Source: an uncultured delta proteobacterium (GTDB taxonomy: Bacteria; Myxococcota; Myxococcia; Myxococcales; Myxococcaceae). From it: 64,000 nt of DNA. This document shows, piece by piece, positions 1 to 10,200 of the stretch. Location: assembly GCA_963713045.1 (NCBI GenBank), contig CAVQKE010000001.1, positions 416,001 to 480,000 on the forward strand, written 5' to 3'. Within the stretch, counting starts at the first letter, position 1, and each line of letters begins with the position of its first letter. The translations under genes and the position numbers were made by a program. The notes under the pieces are model-generated. The model did not search any database. It was not told the origin of the DNA and worked only from the letters and a program-made list of their open reading frames with translations.

Positions 1-129
1 TACAACCGCGCGGCGCGGATGATTGAACGGATGGAGCGCGATGGCGTGGTGGGACCGGCCGATGGCGCCAAGCCGCGCGAGGTGTTTCTTCGCCCGTTGG
101 GTGAGATGCCTGGGGCCGGCGCCCCCTGA
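1..129 (+). CDS. ftsK: DNA translocase FtsK, C-terminal gamma domain (partial, 5' truncated by window)
   Basis: Frame 1 reads YNRAARMIERMERDGVVGPADGAKPREV..., the FtsK-gamma winged-helix signature; TGA at 127-129. Confidence 0.93.
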   Translation, partial: YNRAARMIERMERDGVVGPADGAKPREVFLRPLGEMPGAGAP

Positions 130-159
130 CGCCTGGCCGCCGGCAAACCAATAATTTCA

Positions 160-483
160 CTAGGCTTTTCGCCCGTTTGGCGGACATTCCGTAAGCAACG
201 GATTGCTGAGGCCCCCCCAGTCGGAAGGCCGTGCCCAGCACTGGCCGCGCCCGCTGCAGCGCGCGCGCGGCGCGCTGCACCCCCCAGCGCAACGCAGGGA
301 AAGGCCGGCGGCCATGCCCAGCGCAAGGCCAGTCCGGCCGTGGCCGACGGCCCGGCCCACCGCGAAGCCCACCAGCGCGGCACTGCCGACGTCCACCAGC
401 GCGCCGGTGGCGCGCGTGCGGGAAAGGGCGACGACAAGGGGTGGGGCGTACTGCATGGCCACGTCCCTTGACGCCACTAGCAT
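160..483 (-). CDS. Possible small hydrophobic hypothetical protein
   Basis: ORF with Gly/Ala-rich hydrophobic segments fills the gap between ftsK and the THUMP gene; no recognisable motif. Confidence 0.3.
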   Translation of the reverse strand: MLVASRDVAMQYAPPLVVALSRTRATGALVDVGSAALVGFAVGRAVGHGRTGLALGMAAGLSLRCAGGCSAPRARCSGRGQCWARPSDWGGLSNPLLTECPPNGRKA

Positions 484-503
484 AGTCTTTCGCCCCCGCG
501 CCC

Positions 504-1670
504 ATGCCGCCCCGCCTTCCCCTGTTTGCCACCGCTGCCCGAGGCACGGAAGCCCTGCTGGCCGAGGAGTTGGAGGAGTTGGGGGCGGTGCGCCTGCGCC
601 GGGACCTGGGGGGCGTGCGCTTCAGCGCCAACCTGACGGAGGCGCTGCGCGTCTGCCTCTGGACGCGCCTGGCGATGCGGGTGCTGTGGCCGGTGGGCGA
701 GGGAGAGGCCAGCGGCGCCGAAGGGCTGTATGCCGTCGCCGAAGCCGTCCCCTGGGAGGACTATTTGACGCCGGACACCACCTTCGCGGTGGAGGCTTCG
801 CTGCAACATTCGGAGCACGCGCATTCCGGCTTCGTCGCCCTGAAGCTGAAGGACGCCATTGTGGACAGAATGCGGGCCAAGGTGGGCCGGCGTCCGGACG
901 TGGACAGCCGTGCCCCAGCGGTGCGGGTGGTGGCCCACCTGTCCGGCACCTGGCTGCAGCTGTCGCTGGACTTGGCCGGCGAGGCGCTTCACCGCCGGGG
1001 GTACCGCATTCGCCCCACAGTCGCGCCCCTGAAGGAAACGCTGGCTGCGGCGATGCTGCGGGCGGCCCGCTTCAGCGCTGAGGAGCCGGTGTTGGACGCC
1101 CTCTGCGGCTCCGGCACCCTGTTGATTGAGGCGGCGTGGGTGGCGGCGCGCCGGGCCCCCGGGCTGGGGCGCCGCTTCGCGGTGGAGGGTTGGCCCCAGC
1201 TGGGGCCCCTGGCGCGGCCGGTGTTGGCCCAGCTACGGGCTGAGGCCTTGGCTGGCCAACGCCCAGTGCCTGTCCCCCTGTGGGGCTTTGACAAGGACAC
1301 CGACGCGCTGGCCGCGGCGCGCGCCAACCTGCGGGCCAGTGGGCTGACGGGCGCCGTGGTGCTGCGGGAAGGGGACGCCACGCGCCCGCTGCCACTGCCT
1401 TCCGGCGTCAGCGGCCTCTTAATAACAAACCCCCCTTACGGCGACAGGCTGGGCAAGGGCGGCCAAAAGGGGATGAAGTCCTTCTACTTCCAGCTGGGCG
1501 AGCAATTCGACGCGCTGGCCCGCTTCCGCGCGGCCATTCTGGCCGGGAACCCGGGCTTTGAAAGCGCCTTCCACCACCGTCCGGTGGCCCGCCTGCCGCT
1601 GTGGAATGGCCCCATTGCCTGCACCCTCCTCAGCTACGCGGCGCCCGGGCCCAAGGGCGGTGCGCGCTGA
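504..1670 (+). CDS. THUMP-domain class I SAM-dependent RNA methyltransferase (RlmL-like)
   Basis: THUMP region, LHRRGYR, APLKETLAAA, DALCGSGTLLIE, NPPYG motifs. Confidence 0.9.
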   Translation: MPPRLPLFATAARGTEALLAEELEELGAVRLRRDLGGVRFSANLTEALRVCLWTRLAMRVLWPVGEGEASGAEGLYAVAEAVPWEDYLTPDTTFAVEASLQHSEHAHSGFVALKLKDAIVDRMRAKVGRRPDVDSRAPAVRVVAHLSGTWLQLSLDLAGEALHRRGYRIRPTVAPLKETLAAAMLRAARFSAEEPVLDALCGSGTLLIEAAWVAARRAPGLGRRFAVEGWPQLGPLARPVLAQLRAEALAGQRPVPVPLWGFDKDTDALAAARANLRASGLTGAVVLREGDATRPLPLPSGVSGLLITNPPYGDRLGKGGQKGMKSFYFQLGEQFDALARFRAAILAGNPGFESAFHHRPVARLPLWNGPIACTLLSYAAPGPKGGAR

Positions 1671-1715
1671 AGGTTGTACCGCTGGCCCAGGGGGGACTTC
1701 CCCGGGCCCTTCCGG

Positions 1716-2309
1716 TTACAGCCGCCGCTCCACCCGCCGCCACAGCCGGCGGATGTTGCCCCGGTGCGTCCACAGCATCCCCAGGTACAGCGCCAGGGTG
1801 AGGCCGACGGCAAGCCGCGTCCCCGGCCAAAGGGCTGCGGCGGCCAGCGCGGCCGGCCCCGCAACCAGAGAGGCGAGGCTACTGACGCGGCTGAGGAGGA
1901 AGACAAGGGCGTAGGCCAGCACCCCGGCCAGCGCTGCGGCCGGGACGAGGACGGCCAGCACACCCAAGGCAGTGGCCACGCCCTTGCCGCCGCGAAAGCC
2001 CAGCCACACCGGGGCGACGTGGCCCCAGAAGGCGGACAGTCCGGCCAGCGCCGGCAGCAAGGGCGCCTGGGGGAAAAGGGCTTGGGCCAGAAGCACCGCC
2101 AGGGCGCCTTTGCCTGCGTCCAAGAAGAGAACCAGAAGGCCGGGGGCCCACCCGGCGGCCCGCACCACATTGGTGGCGCCGACGTTGCCGCTGCCCACCG
2201 CACGCACGTCCACCCCGCGCACCGCGCGGGCCACCAGGTAACCCGACGGGAAGCTGCCGAGGACGTAGCCCAGGGCGGCGGCGGCCGCCGCCGCAAGGCC
2301 GCCTGTCAC
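1716..2309 (-). CDS. plsY: Glycerol-3-phosphate acyltransferase PlsY
   Basis: GSGNVGATN, DAGKG, GHVAP, FRGGKGVAT, HRGNIRRL motifs; GTG start overlaps upstream TGA (GTGA). Confidence 0.93.
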   Translation of the reverse strand: MTGGLAAAAAAALGYVLGSFPSGYLVARAVRGVDVRAVGSGNVGATNVVRAAGWAPGLLVLFLDAGKGALAVLLAQALFPQAPLLPALAGLSAFWGHVAPVWLGFRGGKGVATALGVLAVLVPAAALAGVLAYALVFLLSRVSSLASLVAGPAALAAAALWPGTRLAVGLTLALYLGMLWTHRGNIRRLWRRVERRL

Positions 2310-2731
2310 GGCCAGCCCAAAAAGCGCACCCGCACCACCACCACCGCGTAATTGACAAGCAGCGCGGCGAAAACCACGCCGCGTGCAAGGCGCGCCTCTC
2401 TCTCGCTGCAACAAACAGTTGGCAGCGGCAGCCGGAACAGCAGCTGCAGTGCCGCCACCACCGCGCACGCCGCGAAGCCCAGGGCGGCCACTGTCCCCAA
2501 GGGGTTGGCGTCAAAGGCCCCGGCAATGTCGCCCTGTGCTACCCGCATTGCCACCCGGGTGAGGCCGCATCCCGGACAGGGCCAGCCGGTGTGCGCGCGG
2601 AAGGCGCAAGGAAAAAGCGGCAGCCGCGCAAACGAAAGCACCCGCGCCAAAAGAAGGCCCAACAGGCCGGCCAGCCCGAGGGCGTGGAGGAAGCCGAAGC
2701 GGCGCGTCCGGGCTGTCCAGCGCAGCGTCAC
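2306..2731 (-). CDS. DUF2752-family membrane protein
   Basis: CAFRAHTGWPCPGCGLTR...NPL motif with TM segments; GTG start inferred at 2731. Confidence 0.85.
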   Translation of the reverse strand: MTLRWTARTRRFGFLHALGLAGLLGLLLARVLSFARLPLFPCAFRAHTGWPCPGCGLTRVAMRVAQGDIAGAFDANPLGTVAALGFAACAVVAALQLLFRLPLPTVCCSEREARLARGVVFAALLVNYAVVVVRVRFLGWP

Positions 2732-2741
2732 AAGGCAGTCC

Positions 2742-3587
2742 TCATTGGCCGGCGTGGCCCAACGCCGCGTAAATGGCAGCGCCGAAGAGGGCGGCCCCGA
2801 CCCCGACGCAGCAGCACAACAGCAGTCCCGGAAGCACCACCGCGCCCGTGGCGCGCCCCACCGTCGTCTCCTGCACCGAAGCCAAGCCGATGATGAGGAG
2901 AAATCCCCCATACAGCCCAGCCAGAATGCCCAGGCAGGGAATGAGGCCGACAATGTTGGGGGCGGCGGCGTAGGCGACGACGCGGAAGGTGGCGTAGAAG
3001 CCGTTTTTTCCTGCGCCCAGCAACAGGCAAAACAGGTGTTGGATGGCGGCGAAGATGATGAGGCCCACCGGGTAGAGAAACAGGCTGAAGCCGAGTTGAA
3101 GCCCGCTCGCACTACCAGCCCAGTTGCGGATGGCCGCGCGGGCCTCCGGCGGAAGCTGGCCCATCTGGTCCAGCACCTGCTGGAGGTTGGCCTTGCTGAG
3201 GCCGCTGAAGGGCGCAGACACCAACAGGCCCACCGCAAAAAGAAGCCAGGCGTAAAGAAGCGCGTCGGTCCAGCTGCCGTCGGGCTTCACCGAGGCCCAA
3301 AAGGCCTGGGGGGTGAAGATGGTTTGCTTCCAGGTGTCGAAGAGGCCATGAAACCAACCCACCGTGGCGCGCCGTTCCCAGGGCGTGTCCTCCCGGCCGG
3401 CCGGCCCCGGTCCGATGCTGCCCGGGCCGCCCGGACCGCTGGGCCCTCCCCAGCCAGCGCCGTGGCTTTCTGGCGCCGCGCCGGGGAAGGCAGGCACGTC
3501 AACCTGCTGTCCGCAGTTGGGGCAAAACTGAAGCCCGCTGCGGTCGGTGGTGAAGACGGAAGCGCAGCGCGGACAGCGGGCTTGCAT
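2742..3587 (-). CDS. Zinc-ribbon + Yip1-like multi-pass membrane protein
   Basis: N-terminal CPRC...CPNC, Pro/Gly linker, TPWERR...P..FW motif, about 5 TM helices; GGGGAG upstream of ATG. Confidence 0.8.
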   Translation of the reverse strand: MQARCPRCASVFTTDRSGLQFCPNCGQQVDVPAFPGAAPESHGAGWGGPSGPGGPGSIGPGPAGREDTPWERRATVGWFHGLFDTWKQTIFTPQAFWASVKPDGSWTDALLYAWLLFAVGLLVSAPFSGLSKANLQQVLDQMGQLPPEARAAIRNWAGSASGLQLGFSLFLYPVGLIIFAAIQHLFCLLLGAGKNGFYATFRVVAYAAAPNIVGLIPCLGILAGLYGGFLLIIGLASVQETTVGRATGAVVLPGLLLCCCVGVGAALFGAAIYAALGHAGQ

Positions 3588-3695
3588 GGGTGTCTCCCCG
3601 CGAAGGGGGTGAAGGGACGTGGGGGAGACTACGGGCCTGCACAAAGGCCGGGCAAGGACTTCAGGCGTGGGAGGCGCGTGCTGTGGTGCACGAAA

Positions 3696-4256
3696 ATGCC
3701 CCACGGCTACACCATGCAGTCCGTCCGCGGCGCCGCGGAACGTGCCGTGGCGGTGGCGCGCCGCTTTCTCCTCGCACAGGACGCGCAGTCCGACATTCAC
3801 GACGTGCAGGCGGACCCTCGCTTTCAGGCCCGGGGCGTGGACTTGCTGTGGGCGACCGGCGAACAGCTGTTGGGGGTGGAGGTGAAGGGGGACCGCCAGG
3901 CGGCGCGCAGGGGCCACTACTTCTTTGAATTGGTCTCCAACCTCGAGAAAAATACGCCGGGCTGTTTCCTCTATTCCACCGCGGACCTTCTGCTGTTCGT
4001 CGTCTTCCAGCGGATGGAGGTGCACCAGCTTCCGCTTCCGGTGACGCGAAGCTGGTTTCTACAGTGCGCCCGCCGCTACCCGCTCCGCCACACCACCACG
4101 CGCCTCGGCGCCGAGGGCTACACCAGCGTCGGTGCCCTGGTGGCCGTCCGGGACGTCCTTTTGGAAGTGCCGGGGGCGCGCCGCGTCCGGCACGCGGAGT
4201 GGGCGGGGCCAGACAGCGGTGGCCACGCCCGCGTCGACGTCCCCCTTATGCCCTAG
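3696..4256 (+). CDS. Hypothetical protein with PD-(D/E)xK nuclease-like motif
   Basis: GVDLLW...GVEVKGD followed by YFFELVSN...PGCFLYSTADLL; ATG at 3696 within the long frame 2352..4256. Confidence 0.65.
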   Translation: MPHGYTMQSVRGAAERAVAVARRFLLAQDAQSDIHDVQADPRFQARGVDLLWATGEQLLGVEVKGDRQAARRGHYFFELVSNLEKNTPGCFLYSTADLLLFVVFQRMEVHQLPLPVTRSWFLQCARRYPLRHTTTRLGAEGYTSVGALVAVRDVLLEVPGARRVRHAEWAGPDSGGHARVDVPLMP

Positions 4257-5806
4257 GCGGCACCGGCTTTCGCTGCCGGACGTCCGGGCGCAGGGACGGT
4301 GGGCCAGACGGTGGGGTGCCGCCGGCCGTCCTCCACCCGCGCCGCGAGGAAGGGCGTGCAGCCTCTTTCGGCAAAGGCGCGGCGGAAGGCAGCGAAGGTG
4401 CCGCCGGCGCGCCAGGCCTCCTGGGCGGCCAGCCCGGCCTCCGGCCCGCACTGGGCCAGCATGTACTCCACCCAGGCCCAGCGCGCCGACGTCGGCCGGA
4501 CGTCGGCCTTGCCCCGAAGGCCAGTGCGCAACTGCGCCAGCCGGCGTTCCACCGTCCGAATGCCGGCAAAGGGAGAGCCGTCCAGCGGCGTGTGCCGCTT
4601 GGCAACGAAGGGGGCGACGCCCAGGGCCACCGGGACAATGCGCGACAATTCGCGCGTGAAGCGCACCAATTCATCCACGTCCGCGTCCTCTTCCAGCGGC
4701 AACCCCACCATGCTGTACACCTTGAGGCGCTGCATCCCGGCCGCGGCGGCGTAGCGGGCGGCGCGGAGAAGCTGTTCTTCGGAGTGCTTGCGGTCCACCA
4801 AGTCGCGCATGCGCTGGCTCGCCCCGTCGGAGGCCACGGTGAGGGTGCGGGCGCCACCGCGGCGGAGGGTGTCCACCAACTCTTGCGACAGGCGGTCGGC
4901 CCGAAGCGAGGAGACGCCCACTTCACGGCCGGCGTCCACCAAGGCGCGCAACAATTCGACGATGCGCGGATGGTCGGTCACCGCCGCCCCCACCAGCCCC
5001 ACCCGTCGGGCGGCGGGGGGGACCAAGTCCAACACTTTTTCGGGAGGCACGGTGCGCATGCCGCCGTTGGTGGTGCGGCGCATGACGCAGTAGTGGCAAC
5101 CGCGGCTACAGCCACGCTCCGGTTCAATGAGGAACATGCTTCGCAGTTCCGTGTGGGGCGTGAGTATTTGGGAGCGCGCCGGAAGCCAGCTGTCAGGGGC
5201 CCGGGCCACGTGAAGCGCATCCCCGCCGCGGCCCGGGACCCGGAAGCCGGGGGTGGAGGCCAGGTGGGACAGAAGCGCCTCGCGCCGGGGAAAGGCCTGC
5301 ACCGCGGCCAAAAGCGCGTGGACCAGCCCCTCGGCCTCGCCCTGCACCAAGACGTCGACGAAGGGTTCCAAAGGCGCTGGGTTGGAAAACGTCAGGGGCC
5401 CACCGGCCACCACCAGCGGATTGCTGTCCAGCCTGTCTTTGGCCAGCACCGGAAGCCCGGCCAAGGACAGCATGCTGAGCAGGCCCGTCAGTTCCAATTC
5501 ATAGGCGACGGAGAAGGCCAGAAGGCCGAAGGCAGCGACGGGGGCTTGGGACTCCAGCGTGAAAAGGGGCACCCGGCTGGCAACAAAGCCGTCGACGTCC
5601 TCCGGGAGAAATGCCCTCTCCGCCGTCGCGCCCGGGTGCGCATGAATTTCCCGGTAGATGGTTTGAAAGCCGAGGCTACTCATCCCCACGTGGTAGGGGC
5701 TGGGGTAGCAGAGGGCCACCCGCAGCGGCGCCACCTTGTGAAGGGTGCCTTCCTCGGCCGCGAGTAGGCGGGCGGCTTCTGCCAGCAGCTGGTGGGCATT
5801 CAGCAC
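4253..5806 (-). CDS. Radical SAM protein with N-terminal B12-binding-like domain
   Basis: CxxxCxxC (RGCSRGCHYC); YPSPYHVGMSSLG and VVAGGP motifs. Confidence 0.88.
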   Translation of the reverse strand: MLNAHQLLAEAARLLAAEEGTLHKVAPLRVALCYPSPYHVGMSSLGFQTIYREIHAHPGATAERAFLPEDVDGFVASRVPLFTLESQAPVAAFGLLAFSVAYELELTGLLSMLSLAGLPVLAKDRLDSNPLVVAGGPLTFSNPAPLEPFVDVLVQGEAEGLVHALLAAVQAFPRREALLSHLASTPGFRVPGRGGDALHVARAPDSWLPARSQILTPHTELRSMFLIEPERGCSRGCHYCVMRRTTNGGMRTVPPEKVLDLVPPAARRVGLVGAAVTDHPRIVELLRALVDAGREVGVSSLRADRLSQELVDTLRRGGARTLTVASDGASQRMRDLVDRKHSEEQLLRAARYAAAAGMQRLKVYSMVGLPLEEDADVDELVRFTRELSRIVPVALGVAPFVAKRHTPLDGSPFAGIRTVERRLAQLRTGLRGKADVRPTSARWAWVEYMLAQCGPEAGLAAQEAWRAGGTFAAFRRAFAERGCTPFLAARVEDGRRHPTVWPTVPAPGRPAAKAGAA

Positions 5807-5828
5807 GGGAAAAAGAAGGGTTTAGCCC

Positions 5829-5872
5829 AAAAAGCCACGGCCCCGCGCGGACTGGACGTCCGAGCGGGGCCG
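5829..5872 (-). terminator. Probable intrinsic terminator of the oar-mlpA transcript
   Basis: Long GC-rich stem CGGCCCCGC...GCGGGGCCG followed on the minus strand by GGCTTTTT. Confidence 0.7.
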
Positions 5873-5905
5873 CGGGTGCTTCGAAGGTGCAGGCCGCCTG
5901 GGGCG

Positions 5906-7210
5906 CTACTTCCCTGGCGTGTTGGTGTACGGGAACGTCGCCGGGCCGGGGTTGGCGTAGAAGCAGACGGATGTCCCATTGGTGCCGTCGTTGTCCTTGG
6001 CGGCACCACCGCAGCCGAGGAAGAGGTCCATGTACGCCGTGCCAGCCAAGCTGCCGCAGCCATAGGCGTCCAACACGGCAAAGGCACAGTTGCCGGCCAG
6101 CGTGCCGCAGGAACCTGTGGCGGTCGTGCCGTCGGACGGTGCCGTCACTTGGCTGCAGGCGCCACCGTCGGAGGGGCAGCTGACGCACGCCGTGTAATTC
6201 CCGGGGGGGGCAGTGGGGTCACAGCTGTCCCCATTCGTCATGTCCACGGTGCAGGCCACCGGCGGGGCGGTGATGGTGGCGACGGTGTTGTCGCAGACGC
6301 TGTTGGCTGGGGCACTGGCGGAGGGCGCTACGGCATTGACGCAGCTGTCCTCGCCGGCCCCACCCACCAAGCAGGGGGTGGTTGGGGTCACGTTGACGTT
6401 GGCCGGTGGGTAGGTGAGGTCCAGGGAGACGATGCTGGGGCCGCCGTCCGAGCCGCTGCAGGCGTAGTTGAAGCCTGGCAGTAGTCCCGAGCCGATGGCG
6501 CGCGGGGGGTTGAGGCTCGGCTGAGCATTCGGGTTGCAGTCGTTGTCCACATTGCACAGGGCGATGGGCCACATGCCGATGCCAACGTAGGTGCGGGTGC
6601 AGGTGCCCCGGGTGATTTGCGCGTCGATTTGGAGTTGCGTGCCCTCGCCTGCATACGGGTCGTTGTACACCAGCACCTTGGGGAAGCTGTAGGTCACCAG
6701 CTCGCCGTTGATGAGTTGGCTACCGGCATCCATCTGGTTGATGGTGCATTCCCCGTTGGTGTCCTGCCGGTAGGTCGCGAACTGTCCGTAGATGATGGGG
6801 AAACCACCGAGGGGGTCTCCCGGAGAGATTGGGCTGCCCTGGATGTAGGTCTGCAAGTAGGGCTGCGTCCAACCGAATTCCTCCGGCATCATGCCGGTGA
6901 TGTAAGTGCCGCCGTTGGCGATGGTTGGGTCGACGGCCGGCGAACCACCGTAGGCTTCGGTCCATAGGACGCTTGAGAAGTCGGCGCCTGCACCCTGCGC
7001 GGTGCAGTCCCCGACGTCCAAGCCGGGGCTGTAATAGTAGTGGACCGCGAAGCCGAAGCCGGCCAGAGCTGCCGACGGCCCTTGCGCCGTCCGGGCGATG
7101 GTGCAGATGGAGGGTGGGTTACTAGGGCACCCGCTGAAGAGGAGCGCGGCGCCGCCGGTGAGGAGCGACAGAGCGATGACTTTCCGTGTTCTCATGGGTC
7201 GGGTTTCCAT
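5906..7210 (-). CDS. Cys-rich lipoprotein, MlpA-like (Oar partner)
   Basis: Lipobox LLFSG|C after a basic plus hydrophobic leader; starts immediately downstream of the oar stop; many Cys residues. Confidence 0.7.
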   Translation of the reverse strand: METRPMRTRKVIALSLLTGGAALLFSGCPSNPPSICTIARTAQGPSAALAGFGFAVHYYYSPGLDVGDCTAQGAGADFSSVLWTEAYGGSPAVDPTIANGGTYITGMMPEEFGWTQPYLQTYIQGSPISPGDPLGGFPIIYGQFATYRQDTNGECTINQMDAGSQLINGELVTYSFPKVLVYNDPYAGEGTQLQIDAQITRGTCTRTYVGIGMWPIALCNVDNDCNPNAQPSLNPPRAIGSGLLPGFNYACSGSDGGPSIVSLDLTYPPANVNVTPTTPCLVGGAGEDSCVNAVAPSASAPANSVCDNTVATITAPPVACTVDMTNGDSCDPTAPPGNYTACVSCPSDGGACSQVTAPSDGTTATGSCGTLAGNCAFAVLDAYGCGSLAGTAYMDLFLGCGGAAKDNDGTNGTSVCFYANPGPATFPYTNTPGK

Positions 7211-7211
7211 T

Positions 7212-10200
7212 TCAGAAGGTGAACCGGGCTAGGAAGCGGAAGGTCCGCGCCGCTTGGTACTGCGTGGCGTGCCCGAAGTTGGGGTTCAACGGCTGCGGGT
7301 TGGGGTACGCCTGGCCCGTGGCCGGGTTGACCAGAGGGTTGGCCTTCAACTGTGCGGGCGTCGCGCCGACTTCCGCTTTCACGGGGGTGTTGGTCGGGAA
7401 CACCCAGGACTGGTCGACCTGTATTGGTGACTGGAGTCCCAGAATGTTGAAGACGTCCAACCCGACGCTGAGCTTCATGTCTCCGCCGAGGCCGATGTCC
7501 ACCGTGGCATGGATGTCCAAGTCGTTGACCCACGGCAGCCGCCCGTAGGTGCCGCGCGGGATGAGGTACACGGCGTCGGCGCCGTACAGAAGGTCACCGC
7601 CCAAAGCCGAGATGGGAGCGCCGGAGTGGCCGAGGTAGGCCAGGCCCAGGGTCAACCCGACGGTTGGGGCAAAGACGAATTGGTAGGACCCAAACGCTTT
7701 GATGGAGTTCTGGGTGTCCGCCTGCAGAGGCCCAAAGGCGTTCACCAGGAACTGCGGCAAGTCATAGGCCGCGGTGATGTTCGGGTCGAGTTGTCCCTGG
7801 TAGTTCGCGCTGAACAGACCGTCGTAGTTTCCGTTGAGGGAAATGTACGTGTAGCTGACTTGCGCCTGCCAGTGGTCGGCGAACGTCTTGGTCAACGACA
7901 CCGTGTAGCCGTTGTAGATGCGTGCCGGCTGCACGAAGTTGCTGGCGATGCCAAAGCCAGGGTTACCGAGGAGGTAACTGGAGGCGGAGTTTTGGCTGAA
8001 GTCCTCAATCAACCGCGACAGGCCACGGTGGGTGTAATTCACTCCCAGTCGGGCGTTGGGGAAGATTTCGTACTCGGCGCCAATCTGAATTTCATCCGAT
8101 TTGTCCGGGACGATGTTCGGGTCGATTTGCACGCCAGGAGGGGCGCCAATTGCAAACCAGTACTGGTTGGGACCGGCGCCCAGGCCTAGCCCACCGCCAA
8201 CGCCGCTTCCGCCGCCCGGAAAGTTCCCGGCTGCGTTGGGGCACCGCTGTCCGGTGACCGCCGGGTTGTTGCAGTTGTAGTGGTAGGCCGAGAGGGTTTC
8301 GTTGCCGGAGATGTCACGGTCCACCAGGTCGAGGGGAACCTGCTCATAGTAGAAGGCGTAGCTGGCGTAGATTTTCGACTTGCCTTGGTACGTCGGGTCC
8401 CAAATGACGCCGACGCGAGGAGACCACTGGTTGTTGAGGGCCAGGGCCAGCGCACCGGTGGTGTCGTAGAAGTACTGGTTGTCGTCGCGGACGCCGATGT
8501 TGACCGTCACCTTGTCCATGATGTTCCAGCTGTCCTGCAGGAAGTAGCCGGGCATCAAAGCGTAGGAAATCTGGTTCTGCACCGGGACGTAGACTGGGTT
8601 GTCCGGGCTGACCAGGTAGCCCTGGGCGCGGTAGTCGAGGAAGGCTGCAGCAGTGGAGTTCTGCGGGGAGCCGCCGTAGGCAAAGTAGATGTCCGTCCCG
8701 ACATCGCCAATCTTGTTGTTGTAGCTGAACCATTCGACATCGGCGCCGGCCTTCCATGTCTGGTGACCCAAGGCATTCAGGAAGTAGGTCAACACCAACT
8801 TGCCTTGAACCCGCTCCTCGGTGACTTCCCGGGGAACGCCGCCGGGGCCGCCACCGCCCTGGGAATAGCCGCCGACCGAGCACGCCGTGGCGCCATTCGG
8901 ACCGTTGCAGACAGCCTGCAGCGCGGTGCTGTTGCTGGCCGGGTCGTTCGGGAAGTTCTGGGTGAGGTTGTAGCTGCCTGTCCAGATGACGTCCGGGATG
9001 GTGACGTCACCCGTCGTCTGGCCCAAGGTCGAGCCGTCGATGGGGAGCTGGTTGTTGCTCTGGTGGTGGTAGCCCAACGTCACGTCCAACAGCAGCTTCT
9101 TCTCCATGAAGGACGAATTCAGTCGCAGCACCATGTCGAGGGTTTGGTCGACGCCCGAAAAGCTGCTGGAGGTGTAGTCGCCGTTGGGGCCGTTTCCGTA
9201 CGGGGTGACGTAGCTGTCCGGCGTGCCGGCGATGCTGAAGCTGAGGCGGTTGTCGGAGTTGATGAGCCAGGTCAACTTGCCGAGGTACGAATAGTTGGTT
9301 TGCGTCTGGTAGTAGTTGCGCGTGGCACTGGGGACGTTCGTTTCCTGGAAGCCGCCACCCTGAATCGGAATGGGGTTGCCGTTCGCGTCCAGGTCGTAGG
9401 GGCTCACCGTTCGCTGGAGCTCCGTCTTGTACTGTGACGGGTTGAAGCCGACGAAGAACCACAACTTGTCCTTGACGATGTAGCCGCCCAAGGTGAAGCC
9501 GATGTCCCAGGCGTTGGAGAGTTTGGTCGACTGGTTGATGATGCTGGTGGCGCTGGTGATGGTCTTCGACTGCTGCGCCAGCGCGCCTGGCGTCCAGGTG
9601 CCGAACACCGACCCGTGGAATTCATTGCCGCCGCTCTTGGTGGTCAGCGACAGGATGCCGCCGGTGCTCCGGCCGTACTCCGGCAGGTAGCCGCCGGTGA
9701 TGACGTTCAACTGGTCGATGAATTCCACCGAGAAGTCGCTGCCGCCGCCGGTGGTTCCCGTCATCGGCCCTTTGTTGCTGACGCCGTAGCCGGTGTCGCC
9801 GAAGTTCAAACCGTCGATGAGGTAGCCGTTCTCAGGAGAGGTGGTGCCGGCGATGGACACGCCGTAGAGGTCACCGTTGACCTGTGGGGCGGCCAGGGCC
9901 AAGCCCTGGTAGCTGCGGACACCTTGGTTGCCGACGTTGGCCGGGCTGACCGGGATGTTTTGAGAGAAGGTGCTGGTGATGGTCAGGCCGGACTGCGTCG
10001 AACCGACGTCGATGACTGGCGTCTTTCCGACGACCACCACCTGCTCACCCACCAAGGACTCGGGAAGCAGCTGGATGTTGACCCGCAGCAGCTGGTCGGC
10101 GTTGAGCTGGATGTCGCCTCGAGAATAGGGCTTGTACGTTTCCTTCTCGAACCGGAGGGAATAAATGCCCGGTGTCAATTGTGGAATGTGGTACGTGCCC

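Noticed and set aside
130..230. AT-richer patch with a small hairpin after ftsK (possible dif site or sRNA)
   Set aside because: No match to XerC/XerD arms and no recognisable RNA family
4253..7210. Radical SAM enzyme as a maturase of the upstream Cys-rich protein (RiPP-like system)
   Set aside because: A terminator separates the genes, the Cys-rich protein is an exported lipoprotein, and no SPASM/RRE domain is seen
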